DNA of 64,000 bases, from sequence record PV754031.1; one strand, written 5' to 3'. The position numbers and the translations under genes are program-made. Of the stretch, positions 34,970 through 44,137 are shown piece by piece. The notes under the pieces were generated by a model, which had not been told where the DNA came from, did not search any database, and saw only the letters and a list, made by a program, of their open reading frames with translations. The stretch's first letter is position 1, and each line of letters opens with the position of its first letter.

Positions 34970-37258
34970 TTAAAGAGTGCACGAACCGCCTGCACACCCA
35001 ACTTCAGTATTAGTTACCTCAACAGCACGTTCAAGTGATTTAATATCAAGTCCTGCTGCTGTTTCTAGATTTACATAATACCGGGTTTTCATTCCACGTT
35101 TCACCATGTAGAAGTGATTACCTAGCATTTCATTAGAAGAGATCTTTTCAGAACCTACAATGCGTCGATAGAGATCCGCACTGATTGTTTGATCGGTCCA
35201 CTTTTGAATAATGGCATAGCAATCAATAAGATCTTTAGTGGGGATATCATAAGCCGATTCATACACATAGGAATCATCATCGCCGTATGGGGCAGCCCAT
35301 AGCACACGTGCGCCATTATCAGTCTTATTAAGAATTAGGCGACGTACCGGATATGGACCATTAGTTGACCCTAGTGCCTTAGATGATGCCTCACCAGGCA
35401 TGTATGCAGCTAGTACGGAGTGTGCAATACCACCATTCTCCTTAATCTCTTTCTCTAGCTCATCCCATGGATAAAGTTCTTCAAAGCCACCTTCAATGAT
35501 AGTATCCACTGACTTATTATAAGTCTTACGTGGAGTCCATCCCTCTGGCCATTTAGTCTTATGAATCCAAGGTGCATTTCCGCGTTCTTTAGCAATCTTA
35601 AGTGATGCCTTAATGAGGAAGTACATATGCCGTTCAGCAATGAAGTGGATTTCAGCTTTACCAGCATCACTACTATATTTAAGGCCAGCACGTGCCATAT
35701 GCGTGGCTAGACCCATGATACCAACACCAGCACTCATTCGATTCTTAGCAGTTAGTGCAAGGTGTGGAAAGGCATATTTTGCATTAAGGATACAATAGTC
35801 AATCATCTTAAGCGCGTAGTAAGCTGCCATTTCATAAGTTTGCTTATCAGGAACATTATCCACTGCGATAGCGGCCAGTGAACAAGTAGCAATCTCACCT
35901 CGACCGTGGTCCTCACTAGAATAAAGATCTTCCATTCGATAGTAAGGCTTAGTGGGTTCTGCGATTTCAAGGCAGAGGTTAGAACTGTAAATAGGTTCTT
36001 TAAATGGGGTATGGTGATTGATCTCATCAATTTGAGCTGAATAGATGGTTCCAGTCTCATATGCTTCAACTAGCATTGATTTGAGAAGATCCCGAGCATT
36101 TACATAGGTTTTCTCAAATTTAGGATCTGCTTCATATTTTTCATAAAGCTTAATAAACTTATCAATATCACCACTATAGAAAGCATCATGTAGATCTGGA
36201 GCAGTAAATGGATTGAATACAAAGATCATGCCATCTTTCTGAGCCGCTTTCTTAGCAAAGAACTTATTACTTAGGAATGCATAGTGAAGATCGCGGTTCT
36301 TCCTATCCTCAGTAGAACGTGGATTACGTAACTGAGTAATCATATCTGCTTCAGGGTCGAAAGCACTATAGTAACATGTAACAGCACCGCCTCGACCATT
36401 TTGTAGGTTAGCCCTTACTGCTTTACCAATTACATCGATGTATGGTTTCTTACCTTGGTGAATGATTAGGCCATTACGGATAGGATCACCAATTGACCTA
36501 GTCATTAAGTTAACACCAATGCCTGCTGATGATTGGGTCATGATGTTAGCAATATAATCGCCCATTGCCAGTGATACACCATTATCACCAGAAGCAAATA
36601 GGCAACATGATGCAAAACCACGAAGCTTAGTACCTAGGTTAACGTAGTTAGGTGTTGGCGCACTAAGAATTTTATTAGAAAGTAGTTTATAGTAATTCTC
36701 CACATGAGTCATGCGAGTTTCAGCTGGCTCTTTTTCAGCTAGAGCCATTGCCATTCGCATATATACAAACTGGGCAGTCTCATATTCTTGACCAGTTTTA
36801 CGATTACGTAGAGCATACTTTCCACGAATGTGATGAAGTGAAAAATGCGGACAAAGTAGGTCAAGATCGTGATCAATGATCTTTTCAATCTGAGCGTATT
36901 CTTTACTACTATAATCTAATTTAACAATGATACCATCTTTACGCATCCTGGTTTGAAGCGCTTTAACAGTTGGGATGCCATTTAGACCATAGAACTTCTT
37001 ACGAAGATAAATCGCATATAGTCTACCAGCCATTAGATAATAAGACCATGTCTTACGATTTAAACATTCTTCAATAAGTTGTAATTGTAGTTCTTGTGAT
37101 GAAGTTTTATCACCAAGAGCTTGAACAGCATCCATCACAACACTACTCCAATCCACCTTATCGCCAAGATGTTGGGCTGCCCATTCACCCCAACCATTAA
37201 TCTTAGCAGGTGAGTATGCTTCTTCAGTACCGTCTAGTTTAATGATAGTTTTTAACAT
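34970..37258 (-). CDS. nrdA: Class Ia ribonucleotide reductase alpha subunit
   Basis: APTP, ASCC, SSNLCLEI, MPGEASS, KTRYY, C-terminal CAGGSC; likely start MLKTII at 37258. Confidence 0.95.
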   Translation of the reverse strand: MLKTIIKLDGTEEAYSPAKINGWGEWAAQHLGDKVDWSSVVMDAVQALGDKTSSQELQLQLIEECLNRKTWSYYLMAGRLYAIYLRKKFYGLNGIPTVKALQTRMRKDGIIVKLDYSSKEYAQIEKIIDHDLDLLCPHFSLHHIRGKYALRNRKTGQEYETAQFVYMRMAMALAEKEPAETRMTHVENYYKLLSNKILSAPTPNYVNLGTKLRGFASCCLFASGDNGVSLAMGDYIANIMTQSSAGIGVNLMTRSIGDPIRNGLIIHQGKKPYIDVIGKAVRANLQNGRGGAVTCYYSAFDPEADMITQLRNPRSTEDRKNRDLHYAFLSNKFFAKKAAQKDGMIFVFNPFTAPDLHDAFYSGDIDKFIKLYEKYEADPKFEKTYVNARDLLKSMLVEAYETGTIYSAQIDEINHHTPFKEPIYSSNLCLEIAEPTKPYYRMEDLYSSEDHGRGEIATCSLAAIAVDNVPDKQTYEMAAYYALKMIDYCILNAKYAFPHLALTAKNRMSAGVGIMGLATHMARAGLKYSSDAGKAEIHFIAERHMYFLIKASLKIAKERGNAPWIHKTKWPEGWTPRKTYNKSVDTIIEGGFEELYPWDELEKEIKENGGIAHSVLAAYMPGEASSKALGSTNGPYPVRRLILNKTDNGARVLWAAPYGDDDSYVYESAYDIPTKDLIDCYAIIQKWTDQTISADLYRRIVGSEKISSNEMLGNHFYMVKRGMKTRYYVNLETAAGLDIKSLERAVEVTNTEVGCAGGSCTL

Positions 37259-37314
37259 TGTTAATTTCCAATTGTGAGTCGTAAGTTCATGTGAAAAAGT
37301 ATTCAACATATCTT

Positions 37315-37559
37315 TAGATCAACTAAGTATTTTTACGACCCATTTTAAATGAATTTAGTTGATCTATTGTAAAAGCATATTATGGTACATTGGATATCTT
37401 TATCTTAAAAACCTCTGTAGCCTTAGTGCCTTAAGGGTTACAGCTATATAGTCCAATATCGTTCTACCATGCTATTTAAGAGCTTTAAATAATAACCCAC
37501 TATGTACCCTTAGGTTTTATTTTATCAACAATATAGCTTAAAATAGAAATATACCTAAG
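37315..37559. repeat. Cluster of three long inverted repeats in the divergent intergenic region
   Basis: TAGATCAACTAA/TTAGTTGATCTA (37315-37366); nested stem 37382-37470; CTTAGGT/ACCTAAG (37509-37559). Confidence 0.7.
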
Positions 37560-37602
37560 TGCTTTTTACTATACTACTATTATTTATCGGAGTTAATTAA
37601 GA

Positions 37603-37992
37603 ATGTCTTTTTATCTACCGAAATACACCGATCCAATTGAAGCAATCGAATGGAAAAAGAACGGTGATATACCTGGTGATGGCGTTATCAATAATATCAA
37701 CCAAGGTGCTATTGTTGGTTATGCTATACCTACTAAAGAGTCTACTCTTAGTAATGCGATTTGCCCATTATGTAATCTAACTGAATCTAGTCATGGTATT
37801 TTACGTGTAGGCCCAGATAAAGATAAAATTGTCTGTCCGGGTGATTTTATTATTTTAATTCGTAAAAATAATGGGCGTATACTAGATTACAAATTAATGC
37901 GTCAACGTGAATTTAATAAACTTTATCAACTGGTAACAAAAGAGGAAGCTAAACAATGGGTAATGATGTTGGATCCAGAAAAGAAGGACTAA
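37603..37992 (+). CDS. Hypothetical protein (gp001-like; CxxC...H)
   Basis: AIEWKKNGD, CPLC...HG, VCPGDFII. Confidence 0.75.
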   Translation: MSFYLPKYTDPIEAIEWKKNGDIPGDGVINNINQGAIVGYAIPTKESTLSNAICPLCNLTESSHGILRVGPDKDKIVCPGDFIILIRKNNGRILDYKLMRQREFNKLYQLVTKEEAKQWVMMLDPEKKD

Positions 37993-38540
37993 AGTTATAT
38001 GAAGCTTTAGTTGAGGATATAATCATCACCAATGATCTTGGTACTGGTCTTCGACCATCTCTTAATATAACCACTAATGATGGTGTAACTAGGAATGTTA
38101 CATTTGATCAACTTGAGAATTTTATTAAAGTTATAAAAGCCACGCATGATACGCAAACTGTTGGCACTCCATTACAATGGTGTATTTACAGGTATGCTCC
38201 TAATTTAGTTAAAGCTCGGTATATTGCAACTAGTTGGAAAATAACTGTAGACCATGTTAAAAAGACTTTGAATTTTCAAGGTACTTTAAATCACGAAGGT
38301 ACTGTAATTGATCATCCTAACTATGATCCAGATATTACCGCAAGAGAACTAATGTTCGATGAAACTATTACTGATTTTAGTCGATTTGAACAAATTGCTC
38401 TGTCTGGAAATATCGCTAACTTTAAAGAAGAATTCAAAATGATGAAATATAGTTTTGACTTTAGTTACATTATTGAAGTTAGTAATGGCATGACTAGACT
38501 CAAGGAGTTAGCTAATGATCAAACTGGATTATCAGATTAA
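37956..38540 (+). CDS. Hypothetical protein
   Basis: 194 aa ORF. Confidence 0.7.
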   Translation: MGNDVGSRKEGLKLYEALVEDIIITNDLGTGLRPSLNITTNDGVTRNVTFDQLENFIKVIKATHDTQTVGTPLQWCIYRYAPNLVKARYIATSWKITVDHVKKTLNFQGTLNHEGTVIDHPNYDPDITARELMFDETITDFSRFEQIALSGNIANFKEEFKMMKYSFDFSYIIEVSNGMTRLKELANDQTGLSD

Positions 38541-39021
38541 ATCAGAAGTCAATCATCTATTAAATAGATTATTAGTTAAAAACTTAGATGGCACTGTTTA
38601 TTTTAGAACAACTATTAAAGAAGACGATTTAAAAGACTTACCTGTTAATCTGATTAGCCTACAAGTACTTATAAATCTATTGATAGGTTATGAAGGACTA
38701 GATATTACAACTAATATTGAGGAATTCACACAGCAGATTAGTCTGATTCTTTGGGACATGCCCATACTAGAAAAAGGCGAAGTGGAATACCTCTATATTG
38801 AACAAGATATTAAGTTGAATGAATTAGTTATTAAACATAAAAGACCTGGTGTATTAATTGATGAGAAAGTATATGGTGAATTAACGCTATTACAAATGGC
38901 TCAAATTAATTACCTATTAGCGTCTACATTTAAGTTTAAAACTAATTTCACTTGCTGTAGTTGGGCTATTGAATTTAAAGATAATGAAGTATCTTGTAAA
39001 TTCTGGCCTAAGGAAAATTGA
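38515..39021 (+). CDS. Hypothetical protein
   Basis: 168 aa ORF. Confidence 0.7.
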   Translation: MIKLDYQIKSEVNHLLNRLLVKNLDGTVYFRTTIKEDDLKDLPVNLISLQVLINLLIGYEGLDITTNIEEFTQQISLILWDMPILEKGEVEYLYIEQDIKLNELVIKHKRPGVLIDEKVYGELTLLQMAQINYLLASTFKFKTNFTCCSWAIEFKDNEVSCKFWPKEN

Positions 39022-39542
39022 TGGCTATTAAATTAATCGTTGCCCATGACCTAAATGGTGTCATTGGATATAATAATCTATTACCTTGGCATATACCTGA
39101 GGATTTAGCTTTCTTTAAAGAAATGACAACTGGTTGCTGTGTTATCATGGGTAAAAATACTTTCTTATCCTTAGGTAGTAAACCGTTACCTAATCGTAAT
39201 AACATTGTTGTATCATCAAGTTTATATCGTAACGGTAATTACCCAGTATCCTGTGATAATAAATTAGGTGTACTCCCTAATCTAGATGCGGCTCTTGTAT
39301 ATGCTGATCATTTTAGTAAAGAAACTAAAAAGGATGTATGGGCCATTGGTGGTTCTCAACTTTATAAAGAAGCCATTAAAAAGGATATTTTAGACGAAAT
39401 GTACATTACTACTGTCAAGATGGAAATCGATAATAGTAGTTGTGTTTATTTCCCTAAAGAAATCATTAAATGGGATAAATGGAAATCAACCATTATTAAA
39501 GAAACAGATTTGTGTAAATATACACGTTGGATTAAAACATAA
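39021..39542 (+). CDS. folA: Dihydrofolate reductase
   Basis: LIVAHDLNGVIG..N.LPWHIPEDLAFFK.MT, VIMGKNTF.S, PLPNRNNIV, IGGSQLY. Confidence 0.95.
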   Translation: MAIKLIVAHDLNGVIGYNNLLPWHIPEDLAFFKEMTTGCCVIMGKNTFLSLGSKPLPNRNNIVVSSSLYRNGNYPVSCDNKLGVLPNLDAALVYADHFSKETKKDVWAIGGSQLYKEAIKKDILDEMYITTVKMEIDNSSCVYFPKEIIKWDKWKSTIIKETDLCKYTRWIKT

Positions 39543-39546
39543 TAAT

Positions 39547-39572
39547 AGCCTTCCCTAATGGGAAGGCTTTAT
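39547..39572 (+). terminator. Intrinsic terminator
   Basis: AGCCTTCCC-TAAT-GGGAAGGCT-TTATG. Confidence 0.8.
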
Positions 39573-39577
39573 GTCAT

Positions 39578-39607
39578 GTATTCAAACCTATTTAAAGGGT
39601 ATATTAC
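39578..39607 (+). promoter_or_regulatory. Early promoter
   Basis: GTATTCAAACCTATTTAAAGGG-TATATTAC (core 39600-39607). Confidence 0.8.
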
Positions 39608-39659
39608 AAAAGTGTAATTAAATATAGATTATTCTATTTATTATTGGAGAGTACAGTCC

Positions 39660-40064
39660 ATGAAGAAACCTAAGAAAACAACTTATAATGCTATCGATCT
39701 AAGTAAATTAAATAAAGATATGTTCAGTGGTAGTAGGACCTGGGCAGCGGTTGAGTTTGCAATAAGTTGTGCAAATGAGTTAATGGAATTAAATAGTAAA
39801 GGAAATATTATTTTATTTGATAACGATATTGTCGACAAAGTTGAATTTGAACTTAAGATCTATGATTGGTATGATGCACCACACGGATGTTATCTTTATA
39901 GATCTTTATGGAAAAATACTCAGGAAATTGTCTTTGGTGATAATGTAAATAAAGATGGAAGACTTGTATTGACTAAAGAAGAAGTACGTGAATACTTTTC
40001 AAGATTCAAAATTTTCCGTAGTGTCATGTACTTATCCAACAGTATTAAAAAGTTAAAAGGGTAA
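39660..40064 (+). CDS. Hypothetical protein
   Basis: 134 aa, GGAG RBS. Confidence 0.7.
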   Translation: MKKPKKTTYNAIDLSKLNKDMFSGSRTWAAVEFAISCANELMELNSKGNIILFDNDIVDKVEFELKIYDWYDAPHGCYLYRSLWKNTQEIVFGDNVNKDGRLVLTKEEVREYFSRFKIFRSVMYLSNSIKKLKG

Positions 40065-40080
40065 CCCTCCCCTACCGATA

Positions 40081-40112
40081 ATACATTCAAACCATTTTAA
40101 ACAGTATATTAC
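40081..40112 (+). promoter_or_regulatory. Early promoter
   Basis: ATACATTCAAACCATTTTAAACAG-TATATTAC. Confidence 0.85.
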
Positions 40113-40158
40113 TAACTTGATATTTAACCTTCAATTAATGTAAAAAGGAATCTATACC

Positions 40159-40674
40159 ATGTTCGAAATTAAATTTTCTAAAAAAGAACAATTCCCTGGC
40201 CGTGGTCACTGCATCGAACTTTATGGTGATTATGTCACCGAGCGTGTATGGCATGCAGTGAAACAAATGGTTGAATGTAACATTACCAATCACGAGTTTT
40301 ATAAGGCAAAAGAAGGTTTCTGTGTATTCTTCCAAGGTGGGCATGATAACCCTCATGGGAAATGGATCCTTCTGGAATTCTGGGTAGACGACATCGAGAA
40401 GACTCGTGAGTTCGTTCGTCTCTTGACCATCACTATTAATCGAGTATTGACGGAGCGTTTTACTCAAATCTGCGTTAACCCTAATCAAATGGGTTATGCA
40501 GATGGGGCAGGTGCATATACTGTACTTGGCGAAATCCATAAAGAAACTGGATGTCGTGTTAATTGGGGTAGTCCGACTACACCCATTACCTTCTATCCAG
40601 AAAATAACTTGGAACATCGTAAAGTACTCGACTTGTGTGAAACCTTCGAACTCCCAGTAACTAAATGGGTATAA
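40159..40674 (+). CDS. Hypothetical early protein
   Basis: 171 aa, TAAAAAGGAA leader. Confidence 0.75.
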   Translation: MFEIKFSKKEQFPGRGHCIELYGDYVTERVWHAVKQMVECNITNHEFYKAKEGFCVFFQGGHDNPHGKWILLEFWVDDIEKTREFVRLLTITINRVLTERFTQICVNPNQMGYADGAGAYTVLGEIHKETGCRVNWGSPTTPITFYPENNLEHRKVLDLCETFELPVTKWV

Positions 40675-40691
40675 TTAGAGGATAAAGTACC

Positions 40692-40928
40692 ATGTACATC
40701 GTTATCCACAGAGACGAGTCTGAAAGACATGAATTGACTGTAGGTGATCCTAAAGATCTTATCGCGATCTTAGTCATTCTGGAGAATAGTGATAAAGTCA
40801 TTGAATATAAGGTTATCGATTCGGATGTTGGTGTAATCAAGGACTTTAGATACTCATTTGGTTGGGGTAACGGGTTCTTCACTAAAAATGCAAAAGATAA
40901 TTTTAACTGGAATCAATCGAGGAAATAA
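40692..40928 (+). CDS. Hypothetical protein
   Basis: 78 aa, GAGGA RBS. Confidence 0.7.
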   Translation: MYIVIHRDESERHELTVGDPKDLIAILVILENSDKVIEYKVIDSDVGVIKDFRYSFGWGNGFFTKNAKDNFNWNQSRK

Positions 40929-40930
40929 TA

Positions 40931-41143
40931 ATGGCTAACAGTAAAATCAGTGGCGAAGCTGTAATGAAATATCTACGTTCTCGAAATGACCACGTGGATT
41001 TTATGCGAGATAAACTGTCGGTTTACATTGAAAATGATGAAGTGGTAGTTAAGATTATAGATACTACTTCAGGTGGTTCTGCAACACACCACTCAGGTTA
41101 TGATGTAAACAACTTTGAAAGAACGTATGGTCAAACTAACTAA
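40931..41143 (+). CDS. Hypothetical protein
   Basis: 70 aa, GAGGA RBS. Confidence 0.7.
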   Translation: MANSKISGEAVMKYLRSRNDHVDFMRDKLSVYIENDEVVVKIIDTTSGGSATHHSGYDVNNFERTYGQTN

Positions 41144-41174
41144 ATAAATTAGTAACACTTATTGGCGACATACA

Positions 41175-41201
41175 CCCTCCCTTCGGGGAGGGCTTTATTT
41201 T
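41175..41201 (+). terminator. Intrinsic terminator (CCCTCC family)
   Basis: CCCTCCC-TTCG-GGGAGGG-CTTTATTTT. Confidence 0.85.
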
Positions 41202-41244
41202 CAATATAGACATATTTTTTTAATACATTAGTTGGAGTTTAAAA

Positions 41245-41577
41245 ATGTTTAATAAAAATTTTATCAATGGTATTCAAATTTTTGTTGCCGCAACTACTGT
41301 TGCTACAACTATTGTTAAGTTAGTCGAATCATACAACAAATTAAATGAAGAAAAATCGGCTAACGATGTATGTAAGAAAATCCATATGGAAATCCATAAA
41401 TTAACTAGCCTGTTTATCGAACAAGATATACCTAATGAAGAACGCTGTGTTAGGTTACGTAAAACTGTTGATACATTAGTTAATAAACACTGCTCTAAAT
41501 TAACTGGCCGGCGGCGACTCAGGGCTGTTGCAGAAATCACTCGACATGTAGATGACTATTGTCGTCTGTGGAAATGA
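41245..41577 (+). CDS. Hypothetical protein with N-terminal hydrophobic helix
   Basis: 110 aa, GGAG RBS. Confidence 0.7.
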   Translation: MFNKNFINGIQIFVAATTVATTIVKLVESYNKLNEEKSANDVCKKIHMEIHKLTSLFIEQDIPNEERCVRLRKTVDTLVNKHCSKLTGRRRLRAVAEITRHVDDYCRLWK

Positions 41578-41581
41578 AATA

Positions 41582-41613
41582 ATACATTCAAACCATTTTA
41601 ACCAGTATATCAC
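41582..41613 (+). promoter_or_regulatory. Early promoter
   Basis: ATACATTCAAACCATTTTAACCAG-TATATCAC, 2 mismatches to 40081-40112. Confidence 0.8.
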
Positions 41614-41658
41614 AACAGTGTAATTAAACCTATTAAATCAGTAAAAAGGAATCAAACT

Positions 41659-41919
41659 ATGACAACTTTCCTGACTTTTAAATCTGACGAAGACTTGGAG
41701 AAAGAAGCAATCCGTCGTGCACGTGCTATCATGGGTTTCCGTGGTGACCGTGATGCAGCTACTCGTCAGGTATGTATCAATCCTGTACGAGGTCAAGATT
41801 ACCGTAACTGGTTGTCCCATAGTGCTACCTGGAAAGATGGTAACATTGTTGTTGATGAAGATAACCTCATTGAGCTGGCCCGTGCCATCGTTGATGAAAC
41901 CTATCTGCACGATATGTAA
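41659..41919 (+). CDS. Hypothetical early protein
   Basis: 86 aa, GTAAAAAGGAA leader. Confidence 0.75.
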   Translation: MTTFLTFKSDEDLEKEAIRRARAIMGFRGDRDAATRQVCINPVRGQDYRNWLSHSATWKDGNIVVDEDNLIELARAIVDETYLHDM

Positions 41920-41974
41920 TACCGATAGCTTATCTCAATAACCCCCCGAAGCAGTCTAATCAAAGGAAATTATC

Positions 41975-42130
41975 ATGAAAGCAATTGTCCTGGTTGTCGT
42001 TGGTATGGTATTCGGTAGTCTGTTCATCAACGCCAACTATGGCAATGATACTAAGACTACTGCTCAAGAAGAAGTTGTACTGGGTCATCGCATCGCCCCT
42101 AATGGCGTTGAAATTCTCGTTACCAAATAA
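41975..42130 (+). CDS. 51 aa signal/TM protein (not in ORF track)
   Basis: AAAGGAA RBS; MKAIVLVVVGMVFGSLFINANYGND... Confidence 0.65.
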   Translation: MKAIVLVVVGMVFGSLFINANYGNDTKTTAQEEVVLGHRIAPNGVEILVTK

Positions 42131-42156
42131 TCACCGCTATTAAATGGAAAATAATT

Positions 42157-42507
42157 ATGCTTAAAGATAATGCAGTCATTAATGTCAGTGATCTTGTTGA
42201 AGAGAATGGCAAAACTGTGCGTGAAAATAATTTGGCTAAAAACCATAATATCGCTATTGGTGAGTTGGTAGAAAATGTACATTCAGGCACCCGTCTTTAT
42301 GTTTTTGGGTATGGACGTGATTGCGACGGTACACCATTATATCACCTTACTGCCAATAGAGATATTATTGGTGAAGAAATAAATCAGGGTATTCCAGATC
42401 TTAAGAAAGAACATATTGAAATATGGTTAGATGGAATTACCTATGGTAAAGTTCTTTGGAACTATACGTCTGAAGATAATCTGCGTGTTGTAAATTATTT
42501 AGTGTAG
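42157..42507 (+). CDS. Hypothetical protein
   Basis: 116 aa ORF. Confidence 0.7.
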   Translation: MLKDNAVINVSDLVEENGKTVRENNLAKNHNIAIGELVENVHSGTRLYVFGYGRDCDGTPLYHLTANRDIIGEEINQGIPDLKKEHIEIWLDGITYGKVLWNYTSEDNLRVVNYLV

Positions 42508-42521
42508 ATAAGGGTATAAAA

Positions 42522-42863
42522 ATGGAAAAGTCCGTAGCAGTTGAAGTAATCGACGACATGCGCCGTCCGAATATCATTGCTCGCATGAATGGTAAACTAG
42601 TCTACCATGCCCGTAACGTAAAAATAGTAGAAGGTAAGGATCTATGGCCGAATCGCACTGACGTAGATGGTGTTCGTATACTGGTCGGCGAAACCTTCCT
42701 TAATGGCGAATGGGTACCCCTGCGCAGTTCTAGCCTGGTTAATGTAGATACTGTTACCGGTGTATACGAAACCCTCAATTCCGTTTACCTTGCACCGGAT
42801 CTTTTGGGAAGTCTCTCGGTTGGTCCCAATGTCTTCAATTCGGATGCCACTCTGAAAGGGTAA
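42522..42863 (+). CDS. Hypothetical protein
   Basis: 113 aa ORF. Confidence 0.7.
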   Translation: MEKSVAVEVIDDMRRPNIIARMNGKLVYHARNVKIVEGKDLWPNRTDVDGVRILVGETFLNGEWVPLRSSSLVNVDTVTGVYETLNSVYLAPDLLGSLSVGPNVFNSDATLKG

Positions 42864-42868
42864 TAATC

Positions 42869-43267
42869 ATGAACCTCATTAAAGAGAATGCACTGGGACT
42901 CGGTCTCATTGTAGTTGCTGTTGCCTCTACCGCAGTAGCAGCTATTCTGGCGGTAAGGGCAACTCACAAAGAAGAAGGCCCGACCGAAGTACAACAGATC
43001 GAAAGCAGTATCTCCGATATTCTTATCGATAAGATCTCTGCCTATCGTAACAGTGAGCAACATCGCGAGCTGGTGAATCGGCTCAGGCGTGATATCGGAT
43101 TGGATGTCGCGGAGTTCATCTCGCAGATCCAATTGGATATCACACTCAACGTTCTTCCAGAGGTAGAAGTACTTCTGGAATCGCATCGTGACCAGGTAAC
43201 CGAAGAAGAATTTGAACGCCTGGTAGCAAACCTCCAACACTTCGTACAACGGATCATTGCCAAATGA
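42869..43267 (+). CDS. Hypothetical protein with N-terminal TM anchor
   Basis: ALGLGLIVVAVASTAVAAILAV. Confidence 0.75.
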   Translation: MNLIKENALGLGLIVVAVASTAVAAILAVRATHKEEGPTEVQQIESSISDILIDKISAYRNSEQHRELVNRLRRDIGLDVAEFISQIQLDITLNVLPEVEVLLESHRDQVTEEEFERLVANLQHFVQRIIAK

Positions 43268-43440
43268 AAGTAAAGATCGGAATGGGATTCATTGCAGTAC
43301 TGATGGGTATCGCTGCCGCAGGTGGTGAGTTCTATTACGATCTCACTAAACCTGAGGGCAAGGTATCTAAAGAGTGGTGCCAACACCCGGCTAAGCCGAA
43401 ATGCACCATGTACGCATTCAACGTCAAAGAGGACAAGTAA
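43264..43440 (+). CDS. 58 aa TM/exported protein with Cys pair (not in ORF track)
   Basis: ATGA overlap; MKVKIGMGFIAVLMGIAAAGGEFYY...WCQHPAKPKC. Confidence 0.65.
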   Translation: MKVKIGMGFIAVLMGIAAAGGEFYYDLTKPEGKVSKEWCQHPAKPKCTMYAFNVKEDK

Positions 43441-44043
43441 ATGGAACAGCGTCTCCTGAAAGCTTTCAAGAACATGGATCCCGTGTTCACGCAGAAACAG
43501 CGCAACGAGTTGATCGATCGACGCGGTGCCGACATGGGTTTGACTGTCAAGGTCGACGCCATGCTACTGTTGATCAAGAACGACCCGGTCAAGTACAAAG
43601 ACCTGGAAACCAAGATCATCGAAGACGCCATCGCCTTCATAAAAGGTGAGCGTTCCTCCGATATCGCCCTGGGCCTGTTCAACAAGATGGTCTATCAGGA
43701 CGAAGGTCCCGATGCCGTCGGCCTGCTGGAATACGCCAAGGTTTCCGAGTACAAGAACATCCACGTGGATGAGTCCTGTGCTTGGATCAACGTCTACCGT
43801 GACAAGCTGAAGACCTTCATGGTTACATTCATCTCCCAATGTGCCGGTAACGCTCTGGTACGTTCGGAACTGAAGACTCTTCAACATCAGCGTTACAATA
43901 TCGCTAAGCAGAACTTCCGCGACATGAACAAACCTGTGCCTGAAGGTACTGTGAAAGAACTGGCCAAAATGTACGGTAAATCCATCTCGGAAATCCGTCG
44001 CATGAAAGCCGAAGGTCGTCTTGGGGAACTGACCCAAGAATAA
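43441..44043 (+). CDS. Hypothetical early protein with C-terminal HTH-like segment
   Basis: 200 aa; TVKELAKMYGKSISEIRRM. Confidence 0.75.
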   Translation: MEQRLLKAFKNMDPVFTQKQRNELIDRRGADMGLTVKVDAMLLLIKNDPVKYKDLETKIIEDAIAFIKGERSSDIALGLFNKMVYQDEGPDAVGLLEYAKVSEYKNIHVDESCAWINVYRDKLKTFMVTFISQCAGNALVRSELKTLQHQRYNIAKQNFRDMNKPVPEGTVKELAKMYGKSISEIRRMKAEGRLGELTQE

Positions 44044-44045
44044 TA

Positions 44046-44070
44046 GATGGGTCTCTTCGGAGACCCCATC
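44046..44070 (+). terminator. Hairpin (terminator or processing stem)
   Basis: GATGGG-TCTC-TTCG-GAGAC-CCCATC; no T tail. Confidence 0.55.
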
Positions 44071-44137
44071 TCAATGTGTCTTGAAAAGGATGCATTGAGA
44101 TGTACTCAACCCAATCAATCGTAAAAAGGAAATTACC

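Noticed and set aside
34970-37309. Intein or intron in nrdA, nrdB or terL
   Set aside because: The reading frames are continuous and of normal size, with no intein ends or homing-endonuclease insert; the extra N-terminal 17 aa of nrdA is an upstream in-frame ATG.
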